From: Hydrolagus colliei
Taxonomy: Eukaryota
Assembly: GCA_035084275.1 (NCBI GenBank)
Contig: CM068756.1
Coordinates: forward strand, 1,550,001-1,614,000
DNA: 64,000 bases
Direction: 5' to 3'
A program made the translations under genes and the position numbers. Shown in pieces: positions 35,671-49,173 of this stretch (positions are counted from its first letter, which is position 1; each line of letters starts with the position of its first letter). Below the pieces are notes generated by a model. The model worked only from the letters and a program-made list of their open reading frames with translations, had not been told where the DNA came from and made no database searches.

Positions 35671-38130
35671 AAGTATACAACATTTTCAATGGGATTGAAA
35701 AAGTATAGAAATTTTAGACCGTATCAAGACAGTAGAACAAGGAGACATAGACACAATATGATTGCTGGCAATAAGAGACTCGTTAAAGGTGATCTGAAAA
35801 TTCTCCGCTCGTTTGGTATCTTAAAATGGTCATGTTTTCAAACTCAACTGCATTTTAAATTAGGTCAGGAAGTGAGATGGAGCTTAAATGGCTGAATCAT
35901 TTTACAGTTTCTATGGGGATAATGGCAAAGCATAAAGACAAAGGCAAAAAAAAGGTCTTTGTTCAAACTAATTCTTTATCTAATTACTAATGCTTTTCTA
36001 TTTTCATTTGGCTGATCTCCTTTTCCACTCCCCCACCCCCCATGCCCATGTACCCCTGCTGCTTAGCCCCTCCATTAATAACACTCTAATGTCAAGGGCT
36101 AATTTTCTTACTAAACACTGGAGTTTTTTTTTTAAAAAGCATTACACCTTTCTCCCTTTTTTGTCTGCTCGCTCGCTCTTTAAGTTTGAAGGGACTTATT
36201 TAATTCCTGCTACTTTAATGCAACTGTTTAGACAGCCTTAAAATTGGAGCTTGACAACCAAATGGGGTGAAGCCAATTCACACCAACAAGGAAGTGGCAA
36301 GCGGAAAATGCAGAGTAGAATTACTGAGATGGGAATAAAAGCTCTATTCATTATAGGCAAAGTGTATTCAGCCTAACGCAATTAAACTTTGGTTTCTCTT
36401 AATATAATGGCCATGTTTTTACACATTCACAGAGCAACAGAGATGTATTGGGCAACCCGTGGCTGGCCCTGGGCTAGATGCCAGTGACCACATCACCACA
36501 TGTCTGTTCCCTTGCTTACTGGAACTGCTGATGTACATCAGAGAAGAGGCAATGGGAGTGATTCCGAGGGCTCCAGCTTTTATTCGTTGCTGATAGATTT
36601 GCTGGGCTTATACATAACATTTTTTTAATTTCAGACCAGTCGACTGTGGACCAGTCGAGAAAAGTGCAATTGGAAGATGAAGAAACTGCACTGATATTGA
36701 CAGCCAGCGCTTCACGGACTGTGCTCTATTTCACAGCTACAAAATCTTCAGCAGATTGGGATCAGAAGTCCTTACTTAGATCCCAGAGATCCCACTCACA
36801 AACTTCGACTTGGATGGTGGAGTGCCCCAGAAAGAGGAATTTAAAAAACCAACGACAAAAGTTTGACTTCAACAGATTGTTACATTGGAATTTACCAATG
36901 GAAATGGTTACTCTGGATATCTGGAGAAAAGTTGCTTTGGTGTAGCAGGAGATTGACAGACGCACAAGCTATGGGCTTCTTTTGGCAGCAGAACATCACA
37001 CATCAGTGACCACTCTTCTTTGGTAAAAGTCAGGCCTTTTGGTGCAGGAGGCCAGCTTGTCAAACCATGTGCAGCATGCTCTTGGTTGGCAAGAGTCCAT
37101 GGTGGATCTAAATAAACCCGCTCTCGGTCGGATGGGGTGGTGGGGGGGGGCCTTATTACTGTGTTGTGCAAACAGAAGGCTTCACGTGGATTAAATCTTC
37201 ATTCAAAGGCTATGGTCAGACCTCCTATAGTGTCCTTCACGCAGGGTAGTGTCAAAGAGGCTTTAAAAGACTTTGGTCCACTTTTATATCATGGAGCAAA
37301 TGTGTAAACTAACGGTCTGTCTACAAAGCGATTCGCAAAACAGTCCACAATAACACAGCACGGTTTTTAATATCCTTCATTTTAAACAGCTGTTCCTGGT
37401 TCACTCCTCCCCCATCACCACACCCACTCCAAATTTTTAAAAAAAAAATCCTGGATCTAATCTGTTTTACTTGGATTAGTGGGAATCCTGATGACTTCAA
37501 AAGAGGTTTTACTTCCAGAGATTACTGTATCACCCAAAATACTGTATTCATCAAAAATTCTGGGATACTCCAAAAAACCTTACTGGATCTAAGGGGCAAC
37601 ATTTAGCGTGTGTGCTTTCAAAATATTTGTTACCGTTGATGGACAATCTAGTGAGCCAGTCTGACAATGTGGTCTGGAAAATGCTTTATAAACATTCTAC
37701 ATATATTGTCCCTTAATACCAGCCTGGATTATTAATCCAAGCGCAATTTTACCACAGTTGACACCTGTCAGAATATCAAGAGGGATTATTCGTCATTAAT
37801 TTTGCTGGTCCATGCAAGCCAAAACATTGAAGGTATGAAGCCCTTTTTACCGATGCAAATTGATTGAACTGTCGGTACATTAATATACACAGTGCATGTA
37901 TTTTTAAACAGCACCACAAAAATACACAACCAAGTTATACCTCCCAAATCACACAAATGCACATCAGCGAATTGCAGAACTCTGCGTTGCAGCTCAAGGA
38001 AGGATTTAAGTAAGTATTAACTTCAAATACTTTCCACCTTCACAACGATTTGAAACTTGTTTCAGAGAACAAGGCTGCAAAACAGATTTTAACTACAGTA
38101 CGTTAATAATGTTATCAATAATGTTAATCA

Positions 38131-38523
38131 TGCCGACCTAATTCAGTTGGTTGCATTCTTGCCCCTGAGCAGAAGGTTGTGGGTTCAAGCCCCAAATCAA
38201 GACTTTGAAATAGCCCAGGTTGACAGTCCAATGTAGTGCTGGGGTGAGCGATATTAATAGAGGTATCACCCTCCAGGTGAGATGAGAAAAATCCTGTTTG
38301 AAAAGAGAAGGGAATTTCTTCCATTGTCCTGGCCAACCAATTCTGTAGATAAAATGGATTGTTCCCATCATGGCTGGTTGTGGGACATTGCTGCACAACA
38401 AAGTGGCTGCTATGTTCACCCACAAAATACAAACTCACTTCGCTCTACAGCAAAATCCTGGGAAGCGCTTTGAGATGTGTTGATGATGTGACATGGAGCT
38501 ATATCAAATGCAAGGATCATTAT
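38131..38523 (+). mobile_element. Near full-length tRNA-Deu SINE (long, SacSINE1-like subtype)
   Basis: Head CAGTTGGTTGCATTCTTGCCCCTGAGCAGAAGGTTGTGGGTTCAAGCCCC (B-box), body TGTCCTGGCCAAC, Deu domain TTGTGGGACATTGCTGCAC, tail CTATATCAAATGCAAGGATCATTAT. Confidence 0.85.
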
Positions 38524-40707
38524 AGGTTATAAGGTGTGAAAGCAAGATTCAGCCTTCAAATGCACTTAAGTTTCACTTTCACTCATTGTAAAGCGCCAGC
38601 AAAATGACACAGCTCCCCATTAAATCAGCTCCACGCACCTCCCACCTACCACGGTAACACATTTAATTCCAAACAAATTCGTAAATGTGACCACTTGCGG
38701 TTCTGTTTACGTTCAGAAGCTTCTGGCCCAGTTTACAACAACACCAAAGACATTCTCACTAGGGCCTGTACTAATTATTCCATGGTCTAAAGCTGTAATA
38801 CAATTTTGTTACACCCTTGGGCAAGAACAAGAACAACAACAACAAAATTACACTTGTCGAGCGCCTTTCACGTCGGGCGAACCCTGTAATGTGATGGTTA
38901 AAATATCACCACATCGACAGGCATAACATGACTTCACCTGCTAATTCACATCAAACAGGCAATGTCCTAAGCACTGTCAAACTGTACTGTTTGTTGCCAC
39001 CTGATGCCACTCATCTGGAGGTCTTGTTAAAATGGTGCGTTGCACTTGGAAGCGAGTCTGGAGTTGATTTAGCTCGGAGAGGGGAAAAAAAAACTTTGCG
39101 TAAAAAGTACTGATGTTTGAAACGAACCCTACAGTAAATTTTCACCTTGATTTATGACCTTTGGCTAGGACAGGCTTCTCCTCTTTCAGGACGAGGTGGG
39201 CTTGAAATCGTCAGCCACAAGTGAACATGTATTTACCCGGCTTAAACAACAAACAAACAGAACCACGGATGCTATAGGAGCGATGAACACTGAGGCGGGG
39301 GGCGGGGGGGGGGGATACACTCAATGTCTATCTGATAATGTGGACCCAACCAGGATTTGGCTTGTCAGCGTTGCGGGAGTTATTCTTGTTTTCTCACCAT
39401 CCTTGTTTACACTCTTTAAAGAACTAAAACTGAACGATTCCAAATTAAGACTGACTTGTGAAACATATTGCTCGATCTTCGATTTTAAGTTTAATCATGA
39501 CCTTACATAAAAAAAACAATCTGGATTTACTCAGTGTCTTTCGCATCAGGACGTTACAGCATTTCACACAACCGACTGGACGTCCGAATGGTAGTGGAGT
39601 TGGGTGGTTGGTGGAAGGGGACGGACGAAGGTCACTGAAAGAGCAGCTGAACAGGTCTTAAGGGGGGGGCTTTAAAGGTGGGGAGAGATTGGAAATCCCT
39701 TACGGGTCAACAACAGGTCTGTAGCGTTCCTTACACTTTGCCAGTAAAAGTAAAAGCTCACCAGGGGCCGAAACAACAGCAACTTGCATTCACATAATAC
39801 CCTTGAAATGGGCTAGTATTTCGGAGCACTGAAAACACCGGCGCAGGCCTGCGACATGTGTGAAGATGAATTGGTTCACACTTCAAACTTTTCATCTTCA
39901 TTTTGCGACACGGGAAGGGGAGGTGACGAATATAATGCACAAGTGGATTTACAACCCCGTGTGTCAACAGGCAGAGGAGGGGGAGAGAATCCAGCCTTCG
40001 GTCTGAAATCCTTAAACAAATCAAACCTTCTGCGTGCAGAATAAGACAGTTGTCCTCTTCGATAATTGTCTCTATCCAGCTTTCGTATCTTCGCACAGAG
40101 CTGCCCCAGCCTCCGAAACCTGTCACCAGCTGCTTGGATCTGACAAACCATTTTGTAACGCAACCCAATCATGTTCGTCCATTGATTTCTGCTCCGTTTT
40201 ATTCAGAGGTACATTATTTCTGCACTTGTGCCGCACCCACGACAGTAACTTCACAGGCTTTTATTCCGTTTTGAACACCGGAGGGCTTGTGCAGAGGCAG
40301 TTGCTTATTCAGTATGCATGGGGTTAACTTTCTACTGGTACAGACACATGTTTAGGCTTGGACACAATGCCTCCAGGATGGCATTAACCTCTGTTTAGGT
40401 TTTGCGCCGTACGGTTTTCATTTTATTGCAATCAATAAAACATTACAGCTGTGTGACATTCTGTGAGGAAAGAAAACACGGAGCAAAATGCTGCTGGGCG
40501 GAGACTTGAAACGCAAGCATTTCCATATACTCCGGGAGTACACCGGCAAAAGGGAGCTTCCAACGCGACCGCCAGTCAACCGGTTGCTCGGTGCTGCACG
40601 GGAAACTCCTGACTGTTTCCTCACCAAGTCGGGATGGATGTTGACAAAGGAGCTAGTTATTCCTTAAGAGAACGTGAGAGCTGGAACCCAACAAAGTTGG
40701 ACTGGAT

Positions 40708-40723
40708 TGCGCCATCTAGCAGG
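40708..40723 (-). promoter_or_regulatory. Candidate CTCF binding site
   Basis: The minus strand reads CCTGCTAGATGGCGCA, 13 of 14 matches to CCRSYAGRKGGCRS. Confidence 0.45.
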
Positions 40724-42402
40724 AGAATAGGTCTTAACTTCGAGGTGTGCTTTATCCCCAGATAGGAAAGTCCATCCAAACTTTGCAACGGTCTGAACTT
40801 TGTTCAACTTGGCAGCCTAGATAATTGGATAGCGCCTACTGATTAATGTATTCAAATTCTGCATGTTATCAGAGTGTAGTTTTATTCTAAAGGTAAACGG
40901 CTTTAAGGAAAGGTCTTTGCTAACCTTCATGTGAATGGATTTTATCCCTGTACAAACACTTTTACGCAGTCTCCTCACCACCAGTGAAAGGGGTTGATTT
41001 GGGATTATTATTTAGCTTGGCTTCTGTCCAGAGAAGATAGATTTAGACGAGTAGTCTCTGGATAGTTTGGAGCCAAAACTAACACAGTGTTGGTGGACTG
41101 ATGACCTGGTAGGATTGCCTGCTGTCTCGTGCCCCCAAGGTGCTATGATTCAATAATTTTAGTCATTTAAAGGACTTACGGAGGGTCATTAAGAACAAAG
41201 GTGGAATCTCATGTAAAACGAGTTTGTGGTAGCTCAGGGGGAAGGAATTCCCTTCACCACAGGAATGGGCGCTACTGGTAGACACTGAGTCAACATGGAG
41301 ATCTTTATGAATGTTGGAAAACCAAATATTGTTCGGTGAAATTGAGCTGTTTCCTCCAACGCTGGGGAACTCTAAAGGGAGATCACACTGTTACTGACCA
41401 TGGTGAAACGCAAGACAGGCATAAAAGGACTACTTTCAGCATTGGCCGTGCGGGCGCTACAATAATTCATTAATTCATTAATTATAGTCAATTTCAGCCT
41501 CAATTGGCAGGAGCACTGAATCAGCACCTTGACGAAAATGGAAAAGATAAACGTTTATCTAACAGTGCAAGTGTAATACAGTATTTGGCAGCTTCCACTG
41601 TCCTCTCTGTTGTGAAGTTCTCTGGCGGCAAAACATTTAAATCGTTCCCACTCCGTGAAAACTAGATGTGCAGTTGAAATGAGATGAGGTAAGGCTCTGG
41701 ATAATACAGTACTTTAATTTTACCAACCGCCAGTGGCTACAACACCTCAGCTACTGCAGTTTTAATTAATAATCATTCAAAAGTCAGTCCAGACCAGCAA
41801 AGGCACCATGTGAGCTATTGTTCAGCAGCGTATGTGCCCCAAACCTCTGCCTTACCTAAAAACCTAACCCTTTGACAGCACCTATGATCACCTCTCCATC
41901 TTGTTTGTCATTCAGTCCAGCCTTTTGATGAAACTCTCCAAGACGTTATTCTACACGAGGTGCACAATATAAATGCAAGTTGTTATTGGTCTATGGAAGA
42001 GGACTGAACCTGGTTCAAACTAATATTGGCTTCAGGTTTTTTCCTGTGTACTGTCCTTGCCAATTGCACTAAATGTTTAGTTTATGTACACTATAAAAAG
42101 CTGTAATGTTCCTCACTTCTTATAATGTGATCCTGATATTATTTCAAACAACAGGACTGTGAAGATATTGAAGGACAGGCGCCCTGCCCAACCCAGTGTG
42201 TTATGTCTAATCCAATTAAAAAATGCTTTCAATTCTTGCTGCCATAGTGTCTTGCTGAGGGCATTGCGGTCGCTATACCAACAAAAGCATCTCTTCAGCA
42301 GGAGCCTCAGGCAATAAGGGGAGGATGGATCTGATGTCTGGTGACGCAGCAGCGAATCGTCTTGGCTGGGAATCTGTTCCGAGAAAGTCAACACATTGGG
42401 CT

Positions 42403-42534
42403 NNNNNNNNNNNNNNNNNNNNNNNNNNNNNNNNNNNNNNNNNNNNNNNNNNNNNNNNNNNNNNNNNNNNNNNNNNNNNNNNNNNNNNNNNNNNNNNNNN
42501 NNNNNNNNNNNNNNNNNNNNNNNNNNNNNNNNNN
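42403..42534. other. Assembly gap (132 N)
   Basis: Run of N bases. Confidence 1.
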
Positions 42535-43280
42535 GAAATACATGGAGGTTTACTCCGGCCATAATTTCTATTTTCCAAACACAGTTCACGATTTCCAGTC
42601 CCTCTCTCCCTCACACCCGTCGGGAAAATGAACTCAGGCAAAGGTGGTGAGCTGCGGTGTGCCCTTTAACAGTGTACGGAGAGCAGGGCTTCTGGCAGCA
42701 CCGAGCCCAAGGGTCCCCTTTTAACCCATCCCAAAGGAACGAAAGAGACAGGTTATTGAGCTGGTAGCTTTAGGTCACCTGTGAGGTTGTCGGCTCCTAG
42801 TGAGAAATTAGCATGTGGGATATTGTTCCTTGGGGTTTGTACAAGCGCTTCCCATCTTGTCGTCTTCACTGCATCAGGTATGTTGGGGTCTTGTCAGAAA
42901 TGTAATCAATATCAATGCTACATGTTTTTATAGTGTTCAGAGTAATTTACAAGAGCTGCAGGCTCTTGCAAATCAATTTCCCGCACGGACGGAATTTGCA
43001 GAGCAGGAAAGTTAGTGAGTAGCCCATGTCTAATCATTTGCTACGAGAATGTGTGTGCAGTGGGGGTGAAGGTATGGGGGGTGGGGGGGGGGGGGGGGTG
43101 GTTTGGGGGGGTGCCTCTGCATTAAATAAATATTACTGATGATATTCAGCGAGTCAAAACTACTGTCATTTTTCATGGGCGGGACGGGGGTGGGCTAATT
43201 GTATACAATCTGCTTCAAATTATTCTTGCATGAACATACGTGACGCAGTCTAAAATTACACTACAATATGCAAATGTGGG

Positions 43281-43601
43281 CGAGAACTGTGTTGTCAGAG
43301 GTGGTGTCCTTTGAATGAGATGCCAAACTGAGGTGCCAACTGCCTGTTCAGGGAGACATTGAAGATCCCATGGCACCACTCAAAGTGAAAGAGAGTTTCT
43401 CCAAATGCCCTGGCCAACAATTCCCCCATATAAAACCCGTCATTCACTTCATGGCTGTTTCAGGGGCATTGCTGTGCACAAATTGAATGCTTCGCTCTCT
43501 TACAAAATACCCAGCCACTTTACTGAAAATCCCGTGATACATTTTGAGATATCCTCCAATTGTGGCAAGGTGCTATATCAAATGCAAGGATTATTCCTAT
43601 T
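43281..43601 (+). mobile_element. 5'-truncated long-subtype Deu SINE
   Basis: TTGTCAGAGGTGGTGTCCTTTGAATGAGATG...AAGATCCCATGGCAC...CCCTGGCCAACAATTCC...TTGCTGTGCACAAATTG...GCTATATCAAATGCAAGGATTATT. Confidence 0.85.
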
Positions 43602-44611
43602 CTAAGTGAATTGGGATGAAAAATAATTGGGCAAAAATACCCTGTTCATCAGAGACACAAAGAATATATGAAAGATCATATACACATTATCCTCTTTATC
43701 CTTATTCAGGAAAGTTATAAATATATAATAATAATAATCTTTGCATTTGATATAGCACCACACCACAATTGTATGCTGTATAACTCTTGGGTAAGGAAAA
43801 GAAAGAGAATAATTCTATCCTCCAATTTTCCCGGGTTTTCGACTCCTTATTGTCCTACATCACAGCTCCTGCTGTAAGTCAACAGACCTTCCAATTCTCA
43901 TCCATTTCCTGTGTGACACATGCATTTTTCCTCTCGGCAGTCCCATTAAGGAGCTTGTCCCGCGATGCGCTGTCACACACAAAAAATATATGTGGGTTTG
44001 GTTTTGCAAGCACCGAGAATCAGAAGCTGCAGCGAAGTGTGCATTCAGCAGATTTTATTTATTGAAGTGCATGGCCACATTTCATAGAGGAAGCTTGGGT
44101 TGTGGCATACTAGCTAACTCCTCCCCATCATGCACACACACACACAACTTTATAAATGATCGCTTGATGGAAGCTTCACTATGAGGGAGGCGGTTTTTAA
44201 TGGGATTCCTCCTTCTGTAAACCAGGGATGTATGACCTGACTGGTAGGAACTTCACTCCATGACGTCTCAAAGCTAAATTCCCATAGGTCAGCAAGGCAG
44301 ATATTTGCTTTCCTCACAGGAAGATTCCTGTTGGAATATCATCACATATTGGACCCCAGTGAAGGATTTGGGGAGCTGAACTGTACTATGGAAACACTTC
44401 AATTCATTTTGTGTTCACGCACATAACAGCAGCTCCAAACACTGCACAATGTTTAATCAGTGTGGAATTTGTTGCTAAAGGATTCTGCGACTTAAATCAA
44501 GAGTCCTGGATCCCACACTTTGATCAGGTGAACACCCAAATAAATCTTTATTATATTACCATATTACTTCTGCCCTGGATTTGAGAATCAGTCCATATAT
44601 TTTCTTTTCAA

Positions 44612-44680
44612 AGAACCAGGACAGACACGATGGACCGAATGGCCTCCTTCTGTGCTGTACAATTTTATGATTTTATGATT
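44612..44680 (+). mobile_element. CR1 LINE 3' terminus
   Basis: GACACGATGGACCGAATGGCCTCCTTCTGTGCTGTACAATTTTATGATTTTATGATT, a canonical CR1 end with an octamer tail repeat. Confidence 0.85.
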
Positions 44681-45238
44681 GGCTTAAGCTTAATTACCTG
44701 CGGTTATACATAGCACACAGGTGTTTTAAATGGTTTAATGTTTTTCCAAGAAATGATCACAATTTGAATCGTTTTCTTCTTGAATGATATTTTGAATGAT
44801 TATCGGTTTAAACGCCTGCGGTCTTTCACCAAGTCCATTTCAAGGCTGTCATTGCAACCGTTGTATCGTTTGTATGCATCCACCACACAATTAAACGCAT
44901 CACATCAATTGTACAGGACGTCATCGGGAAGAAAGGACACCAAAATGCAATCCTTGGGGCTTAAAACATCTGGCACCCAACACCTTACCCACCCAAAGAA
45001 CATTAACTGTGGAGGGTGTTGGAAGGAAAAAATTTTAGGAGAAACTTTTTTGTGTGAATGCATCGGCCCTATTAAAAAGTGGAGATGGAGCCTTTTAAGT
45101 GGCACATAAAACATGCCACCTGGGAAGGGGGAAATGACCTTGAACACACTGGGCCAGAAGAGGTTTTGCTTTGCTGAAATTGCATTTTGATTATTTCATC
45201 AAAAACAAACAACGAATGTTCATCAATCACTCAGTGAA

Positions 45239-45730
45239 ATAATAATCCTTGCATTTGAAACAGCACTTTATCACTTCACGAGTTTTTCTGTGAATGGGTG
45301 GCGCGTTGGCGAATACAACAAGTAGAAGCTGTGAAAATAATATCTCGGGATACTGTTTATAGTTTGGGACATGACATGTCAAGTGACTGCCAGGATGATG
45401 TAACGTGAACTCAGTGGACCTTGGTCTTCTTTTACCTCGCAAATTCTTATGTTCTAAGTGAATAACCAATTTTTTTTAGCTGGGCGTTCATAAGCCAGGA
45501 CATGGTGAAAATCCCCCGTCTCTTTTTGAGTAGAGCCGTGGGGATCTTTAATGTCCACCTGAGCGGACGGGAACTCGACGTAACATCTCATCCGTGAGAA
45601 GGTACCCCCAACAATGCAGCACTCACCAAACACTACATAGGAGTTTCAACCTAAAGTGGGAGCTGAAAACCCAACGCGCTTGAACCCACTACTTTCTGAC
45701 TCAAAAGAACCATCAACTTAGCGGGCTGAC
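45239..45730 (-). mobile_element. Long-subtype Deu SINE (degenerate)
   Basis: Tail AATAATCCTTGCATTTGA at 45241, body GCCAGGACA...GCCGTGGGGATCTTTAATGTCCACCTGAG...ACATCTCATCCG, and head TTGAACCCAC...TTCTGACTC (reverse B-box) near 45680. Confidence 0.75.
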
Positions 45731-46834
45731 TAGATGAATTACAGGGAAACAACCTTTTCAGTACAACCATCTGGGACATTAAATTGTCTTGAATAGACCA
45801 TTTCATTTTCTAAAAAAATTAACACAAGTCATATTTTCATTTGAAAAAATCAACAAAGCTCCATTGCACAACATGTCGAAATTCCATTGTTAAGTTACAC
45901 TTCACCAAGATAAGCAAAGTTAATGTCGGAGTGTTCATCTACATACAGTGACTGAAAGCATCCAGGGGGGCAGAAATAAAGTTGTGTTCTTAGGATATAG
46001 TAAAAGTGAACCTACCGGCAAGCTGGAGCAGGGAAGTAAACTCGAAGCTGAATGAATCGCAGGATGGCAGAGGGTCTGGACTGTAACAGGATTCCTCGCT
46101 TCACGCTATGGTGAAATCAGACACCACAACTATGCCTGTGAACAGAGAGGCTTTCTTTATCAACTGGAATTTCTTTGTAGTGAAAGTGCTTCTTATCGCT
46201 CACACAGCGTCACCTTGATTTATATACCTGACTCTCTACTTATTTTATTCATATCATAATCCCCCCCTCCCCGTGGTCATCAAAAGGTCTAAAAACACTT
46301 CAGTGGATTCACTGTACGGTGTAGCGACTGTGTGTTTGTAGGCAAACTGAAGGACATTTCCAATGAAAGGATCCTTCATTCTTAGAAGTAGTCATTGTAA
46401 ATTAACTGCTGATACTTTCGATGCACAAGATTGCACTGAATATGTAAATAAATGAACAGTGGGAAAAATGGACCGATTACTGAATTGGATGGTGCAAAAA
46501 CAACAGCAACAACAGCAAAATTACATTTGTATAACGCCTTTCACATCGGGTGGACGTCCCAAAAGACTGGGACTCAGAGAATATCATAGTTATATCTGAG
46601 ATATTTTTATTCTGTGCTTTCATTCCCCAAAAAGCACTATCAGGTTTACATTATTAAGGTGAGGTGGCTTCTTCATTTGAAGGATAATAATAATAATCCT
46701 TGCATTTGATATAGATATGGATAGACATATGATATTGATATTGAAGGATCTGCTGCCTATTACAAAAAGAGATGGGTAGCAGCTGAGGTTAGGCCAGAAT
46801 TCGATTGGCACCTTACATCAGTCTCGATGAGACA

Positions 46835-47238
46835 CAGTTTGCTGGCACTGAGATCTCTGAGTCAAAGGATTTGGGTTTCAAGCCTTGACATCAGGAACCA
46901 AACCCATCATTTAGATACTCCAGTGTGGCACTGAGGGAGCGCTCTATCGTTGGGTTGGAGGTGCTGTCCTTTGACTGAAACATCCTGATGAAGTCAGGCT
47001 GCTACGATGGGTTTCCTTGGCAAGGGCAGGAAAGCTGCAGTAGTGTCGGTGTCAATATTCCTGCCTCATCCTAGTACACCAGAATAAATTAAATTCGGTC
47101 CTTCATTTCAATGCTGCTAGTGGGATGAATGCTGTCTGTGTTCCCTAAAATGACAGCCGTGCTTCAAAATAACTCATTGCGTGATGTGCACTGAGACACG
47201 CTGACTTGACGAGGCTCTGTATCAAATGTGTGTCTTTT
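46835..47238 (+). mobile_element. Long-subtype Deu SINE (degenerate)
   Basis: CTCTGAGTCAAAGGATTTGGGTTTCAAGCC head, ACTCCAGTGTGGCACTGAGGGAGCGCT...GGAGGTGCTGTCCTTT body, degenerate tail GTATCAAATG. Confidence 0.7.
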
Positions 47239-47956
47239 TTTTCTCCCCCAGATTGAAAACAATGAAAATGCAAGTGTACATGTGAACATGTCACCCTGCC
47301 TGGGGCGCAATGTGCTTTTACTGCCCTCTCGTGCCCTCGCTGTTCAACAGTGGCATTATGCGTAAAGTTGGGTTATAAAATCTGCACCAGCTAATGCTTA
47401 CTGCAACTCATCCAGGTACCAATGTGCATAGATATTCTGATCACTCATGTAATATAGATAACCTTTGTAGCACTTGCAGCAAGCAAGCGGTTACAGTCAT
47501 TCCTTAATTGTAGGAATGGAACAGGCTCGTCATTCAGACCGCAGCCTGTAAACCGAAAACGGATTAAATCCAGCCTATGAAGTAAAACTCTTTCTCAAAG
47601 AACAATATTAAATAGGGTTCTATTTTAGAAACATTCATGATCACAGATTCCTTTGAGTTTGCTTGTATAAACTCTCCCTGAAAACAGCCAGACAAGCAAC
47701 CTGCTTTTCCCAAATGAGCCCAAGTATCTCTCTTTCTCTCTCTCTCCCCACCCTCTCTCTCTCTCTCTCTCTGCGTGGGAGGCAGTATGACTCATTTTAA
47801 CAAAACTTCACAGTCCACACGATAGCCAACGTTTTGGAACAGAAGCAAAATTGCAAGAGAGGGTATCATTCACATTGAAACCTTCTCCTTAACAAACTCA
47901 GAAATCACACAAAAGGCTTTGGTGGACTTGTGCTCTGGTCACTTTCTTTAGATACA

Positions 47957-48082
47957 AACAATAATAATGAGAAGAATAACCTTGCATTTGATATAGCGCC
48001 TTAACAGATTGTTGAGAGGTCTTTGTGAAGTGATTCATAAAATATACTGTAAAGCATATTGACTGTATTTTGTGGGTGAAAC
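47957..48082 (-). mobile_element. SINE 3' fragment
   Basis: CCTTGCATTTGATATAGCGCC...ATATACTGTAAAG...TTGACTGTATTTTGTGGGTGAAAC. Confidence 0.85.
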
Positions 48083-49149
48083 AATTCAGAGAAGCTGCGT
48101 TTACCCATCTCGCTGACCACTACCATCCCTTAGGTTTAATAACAAATTGCATCAAACCCCCTTCCCTGTAATTATCGGCCTCTTGCTTTTACATCTGAAC
48201 ACGATTTAATTGTGATTTAACTCACTTACTCCCGAAGCAGCTAAAAGATCAGACCAAGTACTGCGCTAAGAGGATACTGGGTGATTGATACCAAGTCCTT
48301 GAAATTCACAAGCAGGTCCATTTGAAAGAGGGTTACTGTGGCTTTGATCTAATACGCTTGATGATACAAAACATCTTTAAATAGCGTACATATCCAGGGG
48401 TGATCAAGAAAAATGGAATCAACAGAGGGCACGGGAGGGAGGTACTCACAAAGACAGCACAAAATGCATCGGCGAGGAAATGCAATTGGAGGAATGTAAG
48501 AGCCAAAAGAAATCCTCTTTGAATACGTGCAATTGATATATTCCCACTAATACCTTCCTGCCGGGCCACATAAATGCAAAGTACACTGTGCCTGTATTTT
48601 ATTCCCTTGAAGATGCAGTAAATCAAATACAAAAATAACAATATAGTGCTTGGGAGCAGCAGGGAGGGGGAATACATTTTATGCACTGAGATTGGTTAAC
48701 TGCCCTTTGTATTCACAATGGCTCCCCGAAGATGAAAACAAAATAAAAAAAAAACCCTAACGGCCTTTGTGCTGTTATTTATTAAAGGTTCTCTTTCATC
48801 CAGCAGGTCCTTGCTGTTGTCCGCTGCGGTTGGCTTTCTGCTGTCAAGACGCACCTTTTCCCAGCGAGGGTTTGGGGTTACTGAAAACAGGTGACGCCTA
48901 ACAAGCGACCGTGGGGTTGTGAACGTTGCCTGAGTTATGTTACGGGAACAAAATCCAGAGCGAGTTGATAGATCAAAGTAAAGAGAGAGAGAGAGGGAGA
49001 GGGAGAGGGAGAGAAAGAGGAAGAATGAAAGAAACTCCATTGCAAAATAAACCCAGTCCGCTGTTACTTCTCACCAGCTGCAGAAGGAGGGCAATGATGG
49101 AACAATAAACAGGAAAGTGTGTGTGTGGGGGTGGGGAGGTTTGTTGGGT

Positions 49150-49173
49150 GGGGGGGGGGGGGGGGGGGGGGGG
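49150..49173. repeat. Poly-G homopolymer in a G-rich tract
   Basis: Run of about 24 G. Confidence 0.95.

Noticed and set aside
42113-42650. ORFs spanning the N run
   Set aside because: Artefacts of translating through the assembly gap.
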